Shown piece after piece: positions 1-10,752 of a DNA stretch of 64,000 bases. The notes beneath the pieces were generated by a model. It was given only the letters and a program-made list of their open reading frames with translations. It had not been told where the DNA came from and did not search any database. The position numbers were made by a program, and so were the translations under genes. The stretch's first letter is position 1. The number at the start of each line of letters is the position of its first letter. This DNA comes from Paramecium tetraurelia (Eukaryota). Location: contig CT868363.1 in NCBI GenBank assembly GCA_000165425.1, forward strand, positions 124,001 to 188,000, written 5' to 3'.

Positions 1-301
1 ATTGGTTGAAAGAAAAGCTTAATTGGAAGTCTAAATCTAAGAATAAAAGGATACCATTGAAGATGCTTAATCATGGATCGAATTCCACACCTTGGAATTA
101 GAAAACAGTGAAGAGAGACTTGCTGGATAATAAGCATGGTATGCAGTCTAATCAGAAATCTATGAAACCTAAACTGCTGAAAGGTAATATTTCATAATAT
201 CCTATTTTAGAGCTGCTTAAAATGAAATCGTTGATAGACTTTAAGAACACATTAGTGAGAAATTATCAACCACCGCTCAATTCATCAGCAAAAGAAATTG
301 A
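1..301 (+). CDS. Trichocyst matrix protein (TMP, T1-like), 3' end of a gene truncated by the window edge
   Basis: Ciliate-code frame 2 reads LVERKAQLEVQIQEQKDTIEDAQSWIEFHTLELENSEERLAGQQAWYAVQSEIYETQTAERAAQNEIVDRLQEHISEKLSTTAQFISKRN, with TGA at 299-301 and a 27-nt GT..AG intron at 184-210. Acidic coiled-coil C-terminus typical of TMPs. Confidence 0.8.
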
Positions 302-875
302 TTTATTAAAAACAATAAATTATGAACAATAGTTCTTAGTTCAAATAGTTACACTTAAAATTTCTCGTTTGTTATATGAAATCTTCTTATTTCCGTCTAA
401 TATAAAAACTAAAAATTGAATAACTATGTAGACTTAAATTAGTCTAACGCTATTTACAAAGTTTGGATATTATAATGGATCATAATTAGATCGAAATAAT
501 ACAATTTATTTCTGTTTCTGGTTTGTAATAGATGTTGAAATAAATACCTATTTTTAATATAAATTTCTGATTGATTAATTTATCTTATTTAAGAACAATT
601 ATTCTAAGTATATATATGGATAATTAATCACAATAATTGGGTTATAAATTGACATAAAATTAGTTCAATATTTTAAGGATTAGTTTAATATCAAATATTA
701 TATTGCAGAACAATCTATTATGTTGAAAATAGCTTGCAATTTAGTATAAAGTGATCTTTGACTGTATTCATTAGTTTGTAAAAATTTGAAAATAAAAGCA
801 ATAAAAAGTTAATGAATATATGAGATCATAAAATGTATAAATAACAAAATTGAGATAAATATTTCAGTTACACAA

Positions 876-1097
876 TCACTTTTCTTCTATGTTTTGATGT
901 TCACTCTTTTTTTAGATCTCCAATAATGACTTTCTTTGTTTTTCTAATTATTTTCTTATTAATTCTAAATCATCTCTTGATATTCGCTTTAATAAATTAA
1001 GCCATTTAACTTCCATGTTGGTTAAATTGGTAACTTTATCATCTGATTCTTCCGAATAAGCTTGTGAGAAAGCCTATGAATGATTTTTTGAAGTCAT
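876..1097 (-). CDS. Small hypothetical coiled-coil protein (73 aa)
   Basis: ATG at 1097, open in the ciliate code (MTSKNHSQAFSQAYSEESDDK...QNIEEK) to TGA at 876-878; 222 nt, no intron. Confidence 0.5.
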
Positions 1098-1142
1098 ACT
1101 TAAATTTACTATTCAAATTAATTATTTTCTTAATTTACTACA

Positions 1143-2240
1143 ATGAATGGGTTATATACTTATTCAATAAATCAAGGAAAAAAGTACATCATTATAAAGG
1201 TTCATTATTCGTTATAGATTATTAACTATTGATTAAAGTTGAGATTTAGTAGCAAATTGAAATTGTAAAATAAGATATTATTTTGTTCTATTTGACATTG
1301 ATGATAAGGCCATATTAGATTATAGACAGTTTATCAAACTTAATCTAAAACAAAGTTAATTGAGATATTAATTAATCATCAATTTAATATAAAAATGATA
1401 ATCATGAGGAGTAATTTCATTGAAAAAAGTTAATGCTTTTAGCTATAAACAAAGTGATATTAATGTTATTAGAAAATAAAACAATTTTTTGGAATGGAAA
1501 ACTCTACAGTATTTAGAGGTGATAAGTGTATCATAAATTACTTTAGATGATAAATCTATAATTTGGCAAATTCCCTTTATATCTGATATTTATTTAATTC
1601 CATTAAACTAAAGAGTAATAAGAATGGTTGCAGAAAAATTATAAATTATCTTAATTCCGAAATCAATCAATTTTGACTCAAAGGACAGCATTGTTAACTT
1701 GGCTCACCATAATTGTTTATTTGAAATAATTCTGATAATTAATGGCGAAAGGAGTAGATATATAATTAATGTTAAAAAATATATTCTTAGATACAATTTT
1801 ATTTAATTTGAATAAGAAAAAATAGTTTTTTACTCTGATAATTACCAAGAAGTATGTAAATTTATTTCAATAATTGAATGAGGATTATGTTTAAGAAATA
1901 ATCGATTATTTTGAAGATTTATTTGCAATAATAAGCGATGTCAAAATATTTCTAAAAAACAATGATGAATAAATTGGTTAATTGAGAACATAAGATATAA
2001 TGATTATATTATAAAGTATCTTTATTTTAAGAATTCTTCTCTAAGATTATTTGGGTATGTTATGTTTCTGTTAAGTTTTGATATTTGATAGGTTTATTTC
2101 AGGATATGTGCATTTAATATTATAAGTGAAGGTAATTTTTATCAAGAAGCACAAGAAATTATGAAATTTCAATACATAAAATATGCATAATATATTATCA
2201 TGTAATTTGTTAACAAAAATTTAATATATCTTCTCTAGTG
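1143..2240 (+). pseudogene. Possible decayed gene remnant
   Basis: Coding-like stretches (e.g. DDKSIIWQIPFISDIYLIPLNQRVIRMVAEK) and intron-like GT..AG segments (e.g. 1526-1546), but repeatedly broken by TGA. No continuous model found. Confidence 0.25.
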
Positions 2241-2415
2241 ATATCTTGTTATTGTTTCTAAAATAATTTCCAACTAGTCTAATTGGATTATATATTATAT
2301 GTATGTGAGTGTGATTATGAAATCTAGAAAGAATAAGTTATTTCAGAACTTAAATGTAAAAATATTATTATGACAAACTATATAGTTATATTTATATTTA
2401 TAATTAAAAACGGAA

Positions 2416-3524
2416 ATGAATTGGTTAATCATTTTAGGTTTAATTTATTTGTGCTAGGCTGAACATTTTCTATATGAATCTGAGACAGGAGTTACAATTC
2501 AAAATATCGTTAATAAAGATATTGATATTAATATCAAATTCAAAAAACAATTCCAAAGAACTCCCAAGATTGCTTATTCAATTGGCTTATTAGACATGAG
2601 TGGTTCTTCCTTCATGAGTGAAATTTTGAATGTTAATTAAGAAGGTATTTTCTAAAATAAAAGGAGGTTTTACAATTAGAGTTAGAGGAGATCATATTGA
2701 TTAAATCTCATATAATTGGATGGCCACTGATAATCCTTTAGTGCACATTGAATATGTTAAGTCATAAGAATCAGAAATCTAACTGCCTCTTTTCAATTAT
2801 GATAGTGATACAACTCCTTTAGTAAATTCATATTTGGTTGGAGCCACATTTGAAGATAAGAAACAATTCAATCAAGACATAGTTGAATTAAATAAAGACA
2901 TTGTAAAAATCGCAACAAAAGGCGCTAAAGAATTTAAGCTTTGTCTGCTGATATCCAACTTTGAAAACAGTTTTAAGACTGATGATTTGGGAATTATTGC
3001 TGATGCTGATGATCACACATGGTTTTAGAGTTCTAAAGATGCCTAAAAAGTATTGGTTTCTTCATATGAAATTCCTAATGATATTGTAGATTTCGTTTAA
3101 TTGATGGGTATTTCAGGATTTACATCATTAAGCGATCATGTTAGAATAGAAGTTAATGAAGAATAAGAAAATGATGATAATCACATCAAAGTTGAATTTG
3201 GAACTTGTAATCTATATATTTAATAAATTAGGGGATGAATCAACAATTAAATCACTAAGCTTTTACGGATTTTATATTGGAAATTAGGAAGTTAAATATT
3301 ATGATTAAAATTGTGCTTATTTATACAGCGATTGTGATTATTAAGGAAATGAGGTGAAGATATGTGACAATAAAGCTAAGTTAGACTACAATGGGTAAAT
3401 CAAAAGCATTAGATTACCAAAGGATGCCGTATTTACTCTTTATGGAAAAGAAGAATTTGAGGGAAAGAGATTTAGAATTGAATCAAGCAAATCCTGTATG
3501 GATGCATTGTATCTTGGAAAATGA
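2416..3524 (+). CDS. Secreted protein with H-type lectin-like domain(s) and a C-terminal beta/gamma-crystallin domain
   Basis: Signal peptide MNWLIILGLIYLCQA. H-lectin-like segments IKFKKQFQRTPKIAYSIGLLDM...NVNQEGFTIRV...ISYNWMA and VEFGTWDESTIKSLSF. C-terminal CAYLYSDCDYQGNEVKIC...IKSIRLPKDAVFTLYGKEEFEGKRFRI matches crystallin Greek-key motifs. Two small introns; TGA at 3522-3524. Confidence 0.75.
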
Positions 3525-3658
3525 GCATTTATATATAATGAAAAAGTTATCATGATACTAGTATTATTATAGGATTGTCGTAAACTTTATATATTTTCAA
3601 AATGTCATTCAACAACATAATATTGTTTTGTAATAAATTAATAAATAAATTATAAAAA

Positions 3659-4267
3659 ATGGACGAATTTTTTGATGATCCAGCTGGCACAATTGAGACT
3701 TATGTGATTCCAGAAGTTGCTGCTGAACCTCTTATGTTTAATGATGCAGGTATGGTATTTTATAAATCTTAATAAAGCAAGACAACCATTTGAAATGCCT
3801 ATTGCACCTAATGCTGGAGTTACTCTTGTGGTATGAATAGAAGATTAATTTACAACTTTTTAGAGTGCTGAGCAATAAAAAAGAAGAGATAAATTGAGAG
3901 AGCTTGAGGATGAACGACTTAAGCAGATAAGAGAAAAAGATTAGGAAGAAAGAATTTAAAAATAATAACGAAAAGAGAAGGCATAGCAATATTTATTGCA
4001 GTTTTAAACGTATTTCATTAGATATTCAATATGAAGACAATTGAAAAGTGACATTCAAGCACGCAAAGATGCAAATAAATAAGTCTAGGAGCTGCGATCT
4101 CAAAATAAAAGTGAATATGTATTGTGTTATTCATGCTACCAAAGAAAAACTCTTGGGATAAGATAGCATCCAACATTGCATTGAAAGATGGCGAATATCC
4201 TGGAGAAAAAGATGTAAACAAAATGAGACAAGCCATACTTAACAAGAGAATAGACTTGACTAAGTGA
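3659..4267 (+). CDS. Clathrin light chain-like protein
   Basis: Acidic N-terminus MDEFFDDP, central charged helix (RRDKLRELEDERLKQIREKDQEERIQKQQRKEKAQQYL), and C-terminal NSWDKIASNIALKDGEYPGEKDVNKMRQAILNKR matching the W...KDV.RMR..L motif of clathrin light chains. Four tiny introns. Confidence 0.75.
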
Positions 4268-4789
4268 AAATGTATATTGTAAAATATATATATAAATAAT
4301 AATATTTAATAGTAACTAATTCTATCTATAATTATTATTATTATACATCTATAGTTTACCTTTATTGGTTGTTACATTAAACGAATTTAGATAGGCCAAT
4401 TAAAATTAAGCATCATCTAATTTAAGGAATGAATTCTATTAATCAAAAATTGTTCTATTATATGAGACTAAGATATGTTTTTGAGCTTATTGCTTATTAG
4501 ACTTAATAAAAATAAAACTGATAATAACTATCCTCTTTACATTTATTTTATATAAAAAAACGAGGTTTTTTATATAGTTTTCATATAAAAATAAAAAATG
4601 ACATAAAAATCTAAATTAGGAGAAATTAATGATAATATCTCTTGTCTTGGTTTATTGAATTAAGGTTAACTGTTGTTAAGATTCGTGGAAATTAAAAATT
4701 AAATAAAAGAAATTAAAAAAAATTAAGCAAAAACGAATAGTGTGATTGGAAAAATGAATATTTGTGAGATTGTAAAACATTAATTAAAT

Positions 4790-5860
4790 ATGAAATTGAT
4801 TCTTATTGCTCTTTTGGGATTGACACTCACACAAGCTGTCTTTGTTAAGAGATCCAACGATCCAAGCAAGGCTGTCTTCACACAATTGGAAGCCATGGAA
4901 GAACACGAATTAGGAAGAAAATTGTTAGACACAATTGCTCTCTAATTGAACAACAAGGCCCCATTGGGAGATATCGCCAAAATGTTACAATAATTGAGAG
5001 AAAACCTCATCCTCAACTAATAAGAAGCTGACTAAAAGCACGCTTAAGATGAAGTTGATTGCGAAACAGAAATCTACTAATACAACAGAAGAATTGACTT
5101 CGCTTCCAACGAAATCACCGAATCAACCTAAGAAATCTAAACCCTCAGTGCCAAGGTTGAATAATTGACTTAAGATGTTGAAAACAAATAAGTCCAATTA
5201 GACATCTTGAACGAATAAGAAACCTAAATCAGAGAATAAAGAGCTGAAGATGCTGAAAGTTTCACCAGATTCGAAAATGAAACCGAAAACGTCATTGAGG
5301 CTGTTGAAGTCATCATCTAAAAGTTGAGCTCAATCCAACCAGATTAAGAAGTCTTGGCTGCCTTAACATAATTGAACAAGATTGGTGCATCCAACCCAAT
5401 CCTTGCTCTTATGTAAGTTGCTTCAACCTTCTCAGCTGAATAATTGAACAACGTCCTCGGAAAATTAGGTGAAGTCAGCAATTAATTGGCTGAAGCCCTT
5501 GAAGATGCCAGATAAACCGAAATCTAAGCCTAATTAGACTTCGAAGCTTTGGTCGTCGAAATCGCCTCATAAAGAGAATCCTTGAGCGCTGCCAGAGAAG
5601 ACTCTGAAAGATAACTCCAAGACAACTAATAAGCTTTGGACTTATAAAAGAAGAGAAAGGAAGACGCCACCGACGAATTGAACGCTGCCTCATCAGGAAA
5701 GGAATAAAAGGAAGCCGAATGCGATTCATGGAGAACTTAATATGCTGAAGATTCTGAACACAGATAATTAGAAATCTCAATCATCAGATAAGTTGAAGAG
5801 ATCTTAGCTACCAAATTATCCAACGTTAAGGTTTATCTCTAAGAGAGATCATCAGCATGA
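4790..5860 (+). CDS. Trichocyst matrix protein precursor (TMP/GRL family), intronless, 356 aa
   Basis: MKLILIALLGLTLTQA signal peptide, pro-region GRKLLDTIALQL, then acidic coiled coils (QQEADQKHAQDEVDCETEIYQYNRRIDFAS...). 1071 nt open in the ciliate code; C-ending codon bias typical of highly expressed genes. Confidence 0.88.
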
Positions 5861-5899
5861 TATAATTATAATTCTTCAAATAAATAACAACCAATTTAA

Positions 5900-6400
5900 T
5901 TTTCTTCATTCTTCTTTTATAGTTTTCACTCTATTTTAAAATATTATTATATTGACTAAAGTAGATACTTATAGAATCCTTCTAATTAATCCTATATTCT
6001 TATTCTTATTATTTATATAGGTTCAATGGATGAATTTGAGGATTAATATGATAGATATTATATAAAACTTTTAATTCAATTTCTGGTTGACTCATATTCT
6101 GTTAAATATAAATAATTTAAAAAGACTTTATTAATTTCATCCACTTTTTGATATAGTTTACTGTCCAATTGAAATTTATACTTTTTGAGAAGCATATACT
6201 TGTCCTCAAGTATTATTATTCTTAGTTGATATTAAAACTTTGATTAAATATGGATATCAATCTGTTTAATATTAGAATTTACTAGTAATTTTTTTAAATT
6301 ATTATATTTATTAACTACTTTTCTATTTAAGACTATTGTTAATAGTATAAGATGAATGTTTCAAGAATATTACTAAACGATATTATATTTTCTTATTCAT
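5900..6400 (-). pseudogene. Small hypothetical gene or decayed remnant
   Basis: Minus strand reads RIIILEDKYMLLKKYKFQLDSKLYQKVDEINK, then a 28-nt GT..AG intron, then NMSQPEIELKVLYNIYHINPQIHPLN. Start and stop could not be resolved. Confidence 0.25.
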
Positions 6401-6516
6401 AAATAGAAAGACATGATATTTAAAATAATTAATCAAAATAGAAAACAGAAAAAAAGTTTTATGTAAAATATCATAATCCTTACAAAGTAATGATTTAATC
6501 ATAAATTATAAAATAA

Positions 6517-8016
6517 TCAGCCTTATTGTATTTATTATTGTTATTATTGTTATTATTGTGGTATTACCTGAACCTTCTTCTCCTCCTCCAATTGTTTTTC
6601 TGTAATAAGTTTAGATATATATCCAAATATTTTAGTTCTGCCTTCTCTAATCACAAGGATCTAGTCAGTTTTAAGATACTCAGCTGCATAAAGAAATCGT
6701 AATCTTTTTAATTAATGAAATGTCTTACCTCACTGTGTCTACATCTCCAGTTCTTAATACTTCATGTTAGAATATTTTCTTCATTTCTACAGCTTATCTA
6801 ATAACACCACAATGCATAACTGCTTAATATCCATGACTCATTGTAGTTGGATGGTGGAGTACATGAATGTTAGCCTAAGCTAATTATAATTCTATACTTC
6901 GAACTCTATAACAGGTTCAGGTTTGACAGCTGGATCAATTAAGATCATTCCCTTTCTGAAATCAGCTCTGTCTAATTTATCTCCAGCCTTAGATGGCTTA
7001 AGAGCAAAACAGGCGAATTCTCCTACCTATGCTGATTCAACTGATACTCTATTTATGTGTATAGATTTGATGGTTACTGGTTTGAATGCTATAAATTACA
7101 ATAAATGGAGTATTTACTTTTGCCTTTATCTGGTCCCAACAGAGCATGTTAATTCAATCCTGCTTTTCCACTTCTAACTATTCCACTTACAACAACACCA
7201 ACTCCTGGTACATTAAAATTCTCTTGGATGTCAAATTGGAATGGATCATTAACTGTTTAATAGGCTTTGTTTATTTCATCTCTATTTGGTACTCTACTTA
7301 TAAACCGAGTTAATTATTGCAATCCATTTCCTGAGACACTGGAGACTTAAAATATAGGAACAACATTATTCCCATGCATAAGTGCTGCCCATTTATCGAT
7401 TTCTTCCATCTCAGATTTCTCATCAAACACTACTGCTGTTCTTTTAATGGCTGGACTCCTAATCAAACCTTTTATATTTTCAATAGTCTCATTGTAAACA
7501 TTTTAAGGAGCAATGTCAATTTTTGTTAAGACTATTGCAAAGGGTATTTTCAAAAATAAACTCACTCCCAGATGTTCTCTTGTCATTTTTGATACTCCCA
7601 TATTGGCTCCAACTATAATCAGAGAATAATCTGGTATCATAGCTACCAAACCAAATATTGTAGTTTTTAAATATTTTTCATGACCACAGAGATCCAAAAA
7701 TGTAACTATCTTTCTACTCTTTTCAACTACGAGACTCCAATATTTGTTTTTGTTTTGATTGAATCTTTCTGGAAGAACTTGTTTAAGATTCTCATCAAAA
7801 CCCATAATCTCTTATGCCACTGAGGAGGTCCTTCCATTCTCTTTTTCATGCTTGTAATTGAAAACGCGCTGCATAAATTAAAATTCGAACCTCTCTTGCT
7901 CCTCCTCTCCCGTCATCCAAGATTCCTTTTGTTAACACTCCAACCAATGTTGATTTACCAGAATCCACATTACCAATAATTGCTAACTTACTATGTTCTA
8001 ATCTCTAAACTTACAT
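6517..8016 (-). CDS. GTP-binding protein 1/2 family translational GTPase
   Basis: G1 motif [59 protein letters not shown], and C-terminal REGRTKIFG. Ends with a poly-Gln tail; TGA at 6517-6519. Confidence 0.9.
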
Positions 8017-8130
8017 AATATTAATATACGTATTATTATTTTTTAATGTTTGAATTTATATACCAAATAATTCTTTCTTAAAATTTATATAATATATATG
8101 AATAAATATTATTAAACATCACTCAATTCT

Positions 8131-9110
8131 TCAGCTATATTGCTTATCGCAAGTATATTGAATATTGTTAGTTTTCAGAAAATTTACAAGGCTTTAAAGC
8201 TATTCTCCACTTGCATCAACACTTATTAACCATTTATCTTTCTTCTAACTTTTTTTTTTATCTTGTAATTATTTTTACAGTAATCCAAATTTCTGTGGAG
8301 ACTACTTTTATTAATTGCTTGATTGTATATATTTTTGTTAATTTGATGGCATTTAAGATTCTTTTATAAAGGTTTTTCTGAGATGTTGATCATAAACATT
8401 TATTTCTTAATTGACTTTTCCAGAATACTACTGAATGGAGTTAACGAAAAGGCTATTTGATTTCTCTTCGACTCTTTAGAGTTAAATAGAGTTTTATGCT
8501 TCACGATAAGCTGAGTTAGCCGCATTTAAACTTAATTCATTTAATCTTACACTTTGAGAATTCTTATTCTTACATTGATTTACTGATTAGTTAGAATTAT
8601 CATTAGTGGGAATTTCAGATATGATAATTTTACCTTATTTAGATTATTGAGATTTTGCTTAGGAGGTTTATTCAGGCTGATTTTAATAGAATGTATTATA
8701 TAACCCATATCCCTTTAAAATATCTTTTTACTGCTGGAAATTTATATTATCAGCTTAGTTCTTGGAATCTTCAATTTTTTTGCAGGACTTCACTATGCTT
8801 ATTTATTTATATTAATTTACAATTCTATTAACCGTTTAAACCTCGATAAAAGATTAGAGTTGGGTTATCAATATTGCTTATATATTTGTAGATAGGTGTG
8901 TTCCTTTGAGCAAAGTAATAGTCAGTGTCTTTGATCTTGAAATAAAATATTTCACTCATGTTAAATTGACTAAAGAATTTCAAATGTAAATTACTCATAG
9001 TAACTAGCGTCTTGGATGAAACTTGCCAATGTCATTGAAGTGGTTTTAGAATCACAAAAGGTTTCGAATTGTTCATTTTTATCATAGAATTGGATTACTA
9101 TATTTTTCAT
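8131..9110 (-). CDS. Hypothetical protein (folded N-terminal region followed by a Q/N/S-rich region)
   Basis: ATG at 9110 (MKNIVIQFYDKNEQFETFCDSK...). Two introns (25 and 28 nt) restore the frame through to TGA at 8131-8133. Confidence 0.6.
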
Positions 9111-9128
9111 TTATTATATGAATATTTA

Positions 9129-10734
9129 TCAATATAAATTGAGTAAATCGTCAGCAAAGAATACTTCTATTTCTACTACTGACAATATTTTGTAATATGA
9201 ACTATTTGTGGGAATAGTTTGCCTGTAACTTGTCATGTATCTCAACTTGATGTATTGCTTGAGGATATTTAGATCACTGTCAAATTTGCTAGCTTCTTCA
9301 TGATCCTTAATAACATATTTATAAAGCAGATAGAAGGTGAAACACCAATCATCTGGTTGGAAATCGTTGATATTCTTAGCCACATAGGTTAGTGTCGATT
9401 CCAAAAACTCTGTCAAATAATAGACCAAATCGCTTTGATCTAGTTGTTTGAGGAATACAATCAAGTCTTCGTGATTAAAATTCACATCTTCTAAATTAAG
9501 ATTAGATTTGGCTAGAACTGATAGGATTTGATCTTTTTCCTCTAATTTTTCAAATATTTGTTATATGCTTAGTAGATCTTACTTCTTTTGCTTGATATTT
9601 TTGAGATTAACCAAAGACAATTCATTAATCATTACAATGATTTCATGGCCTAGTTTGAAACACTTTTAATTCTGTATCTTCTCAGACAAAATGTTCAAAT
9701 TTTTAAGGGAATCATACGATACATTTTCCAGTTCTCCCTTCAAGTAGAGATTGAGAATTCTGTTAGCAAACTAATCTCTGAATGGCTCATCGATCTCATC
9801 ATGGTATTTCAACATCATGTTGATCAATAAAATATAATCATCAAAGCTGGAGATTAGTTTGTTAATATCTTAGAATTGGTTGAGTTCCTTATGAAATTCT
9901 TATACCAATTTAAGAAATAAAGCTCGATTGGCCTAATCTAATTCTTGTATCGTGAGGTGATCCATGCAAAAGAAGAAGATGAATTGGTATGTTTCCAAAG
10001 ATACAGGAGGTTACTTGAGAGCGTGCATAAAATATTGCATAATAACAAGCATTTGATTTTTGGTGGCAAATACTTTAAACTTTCTTAGATGTTGATAGGT
10101 TCGATTCAATTCTTTCTCGCACAGATCAAGATTTCGTTTATTCTCTACAAAACCAATGAAATCACAAAAAGCTTCTTGTGAAATGTCCTTTACGATGTTC
10201 AAATGCCATATTTCATGTAAGAAGCCAGAAAAATCATACACGGCATGGGTAAACTCAGTGTATTGATACCAATTGAGCACACCTTATTTGTGGTAATTGT
10301 CCATGGCTGCAATCCAAGATTATTAGTCATAATACTTAATCTGATGGAGGATGTTAATGAACTACGAAATGTTGTATTCTATAAATTAAAGAGCGAGAAT
10401 TACCATCGGTATCCGTGTAGTTTAAACTCTTAAGCTCTTTTGTTAATGAGCTAATTAATGATTGTACACCGTAGAAGGAAAGATATTTGAACTCTCTATT
10501 CTAATTAACCATGCTTTGAAGAATATCCATCTTATCATCAAATGTCATAGAAGACCCATAACAGTGAAATTTAAAATATAGATCCTCTAAATTGCCAGGA
10601 AAGATTTTGAACGGCTTTGGATGTTTCAGATATTGTTTTTATATGTATTTCTTTTGTTGAAGAATCTCATTCGGAGGTTGTTGTTTAATGAGTGATGTAC
10701 ATTTGTATAAAATGAATTTGTTCTTTTTGAACAT
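9129..10734 (-). CDS. Hypothetical alpha-helical protein (~525 aa)
   Basis: ATG at 10734 (MFKKNKFILYKC...), one 25-nt intron near 10385-10410. Joins ORF-track fragments 10011-10280 and 9129-9485 through TAA/TAG=Gln; true TGA at 9129-9131. Confidence 0.7.
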
Positions 10735-10752
10735 TATTATAAAAAACTAAAA

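Noticed and set aside
4549..4576. Inverted repeat TATATAAAAAA-N6-TTTTTTATATA upstream of the TMP gene
   Set aside because: Pure A/T 11-bp stem, plausible by chance in very AT-rich intergenic DNA.
5475..5780. 101-aa minus-strand ORF in the track
   Set aside because: Antisense shadow of the codon-biased TMP gene on the + strand.
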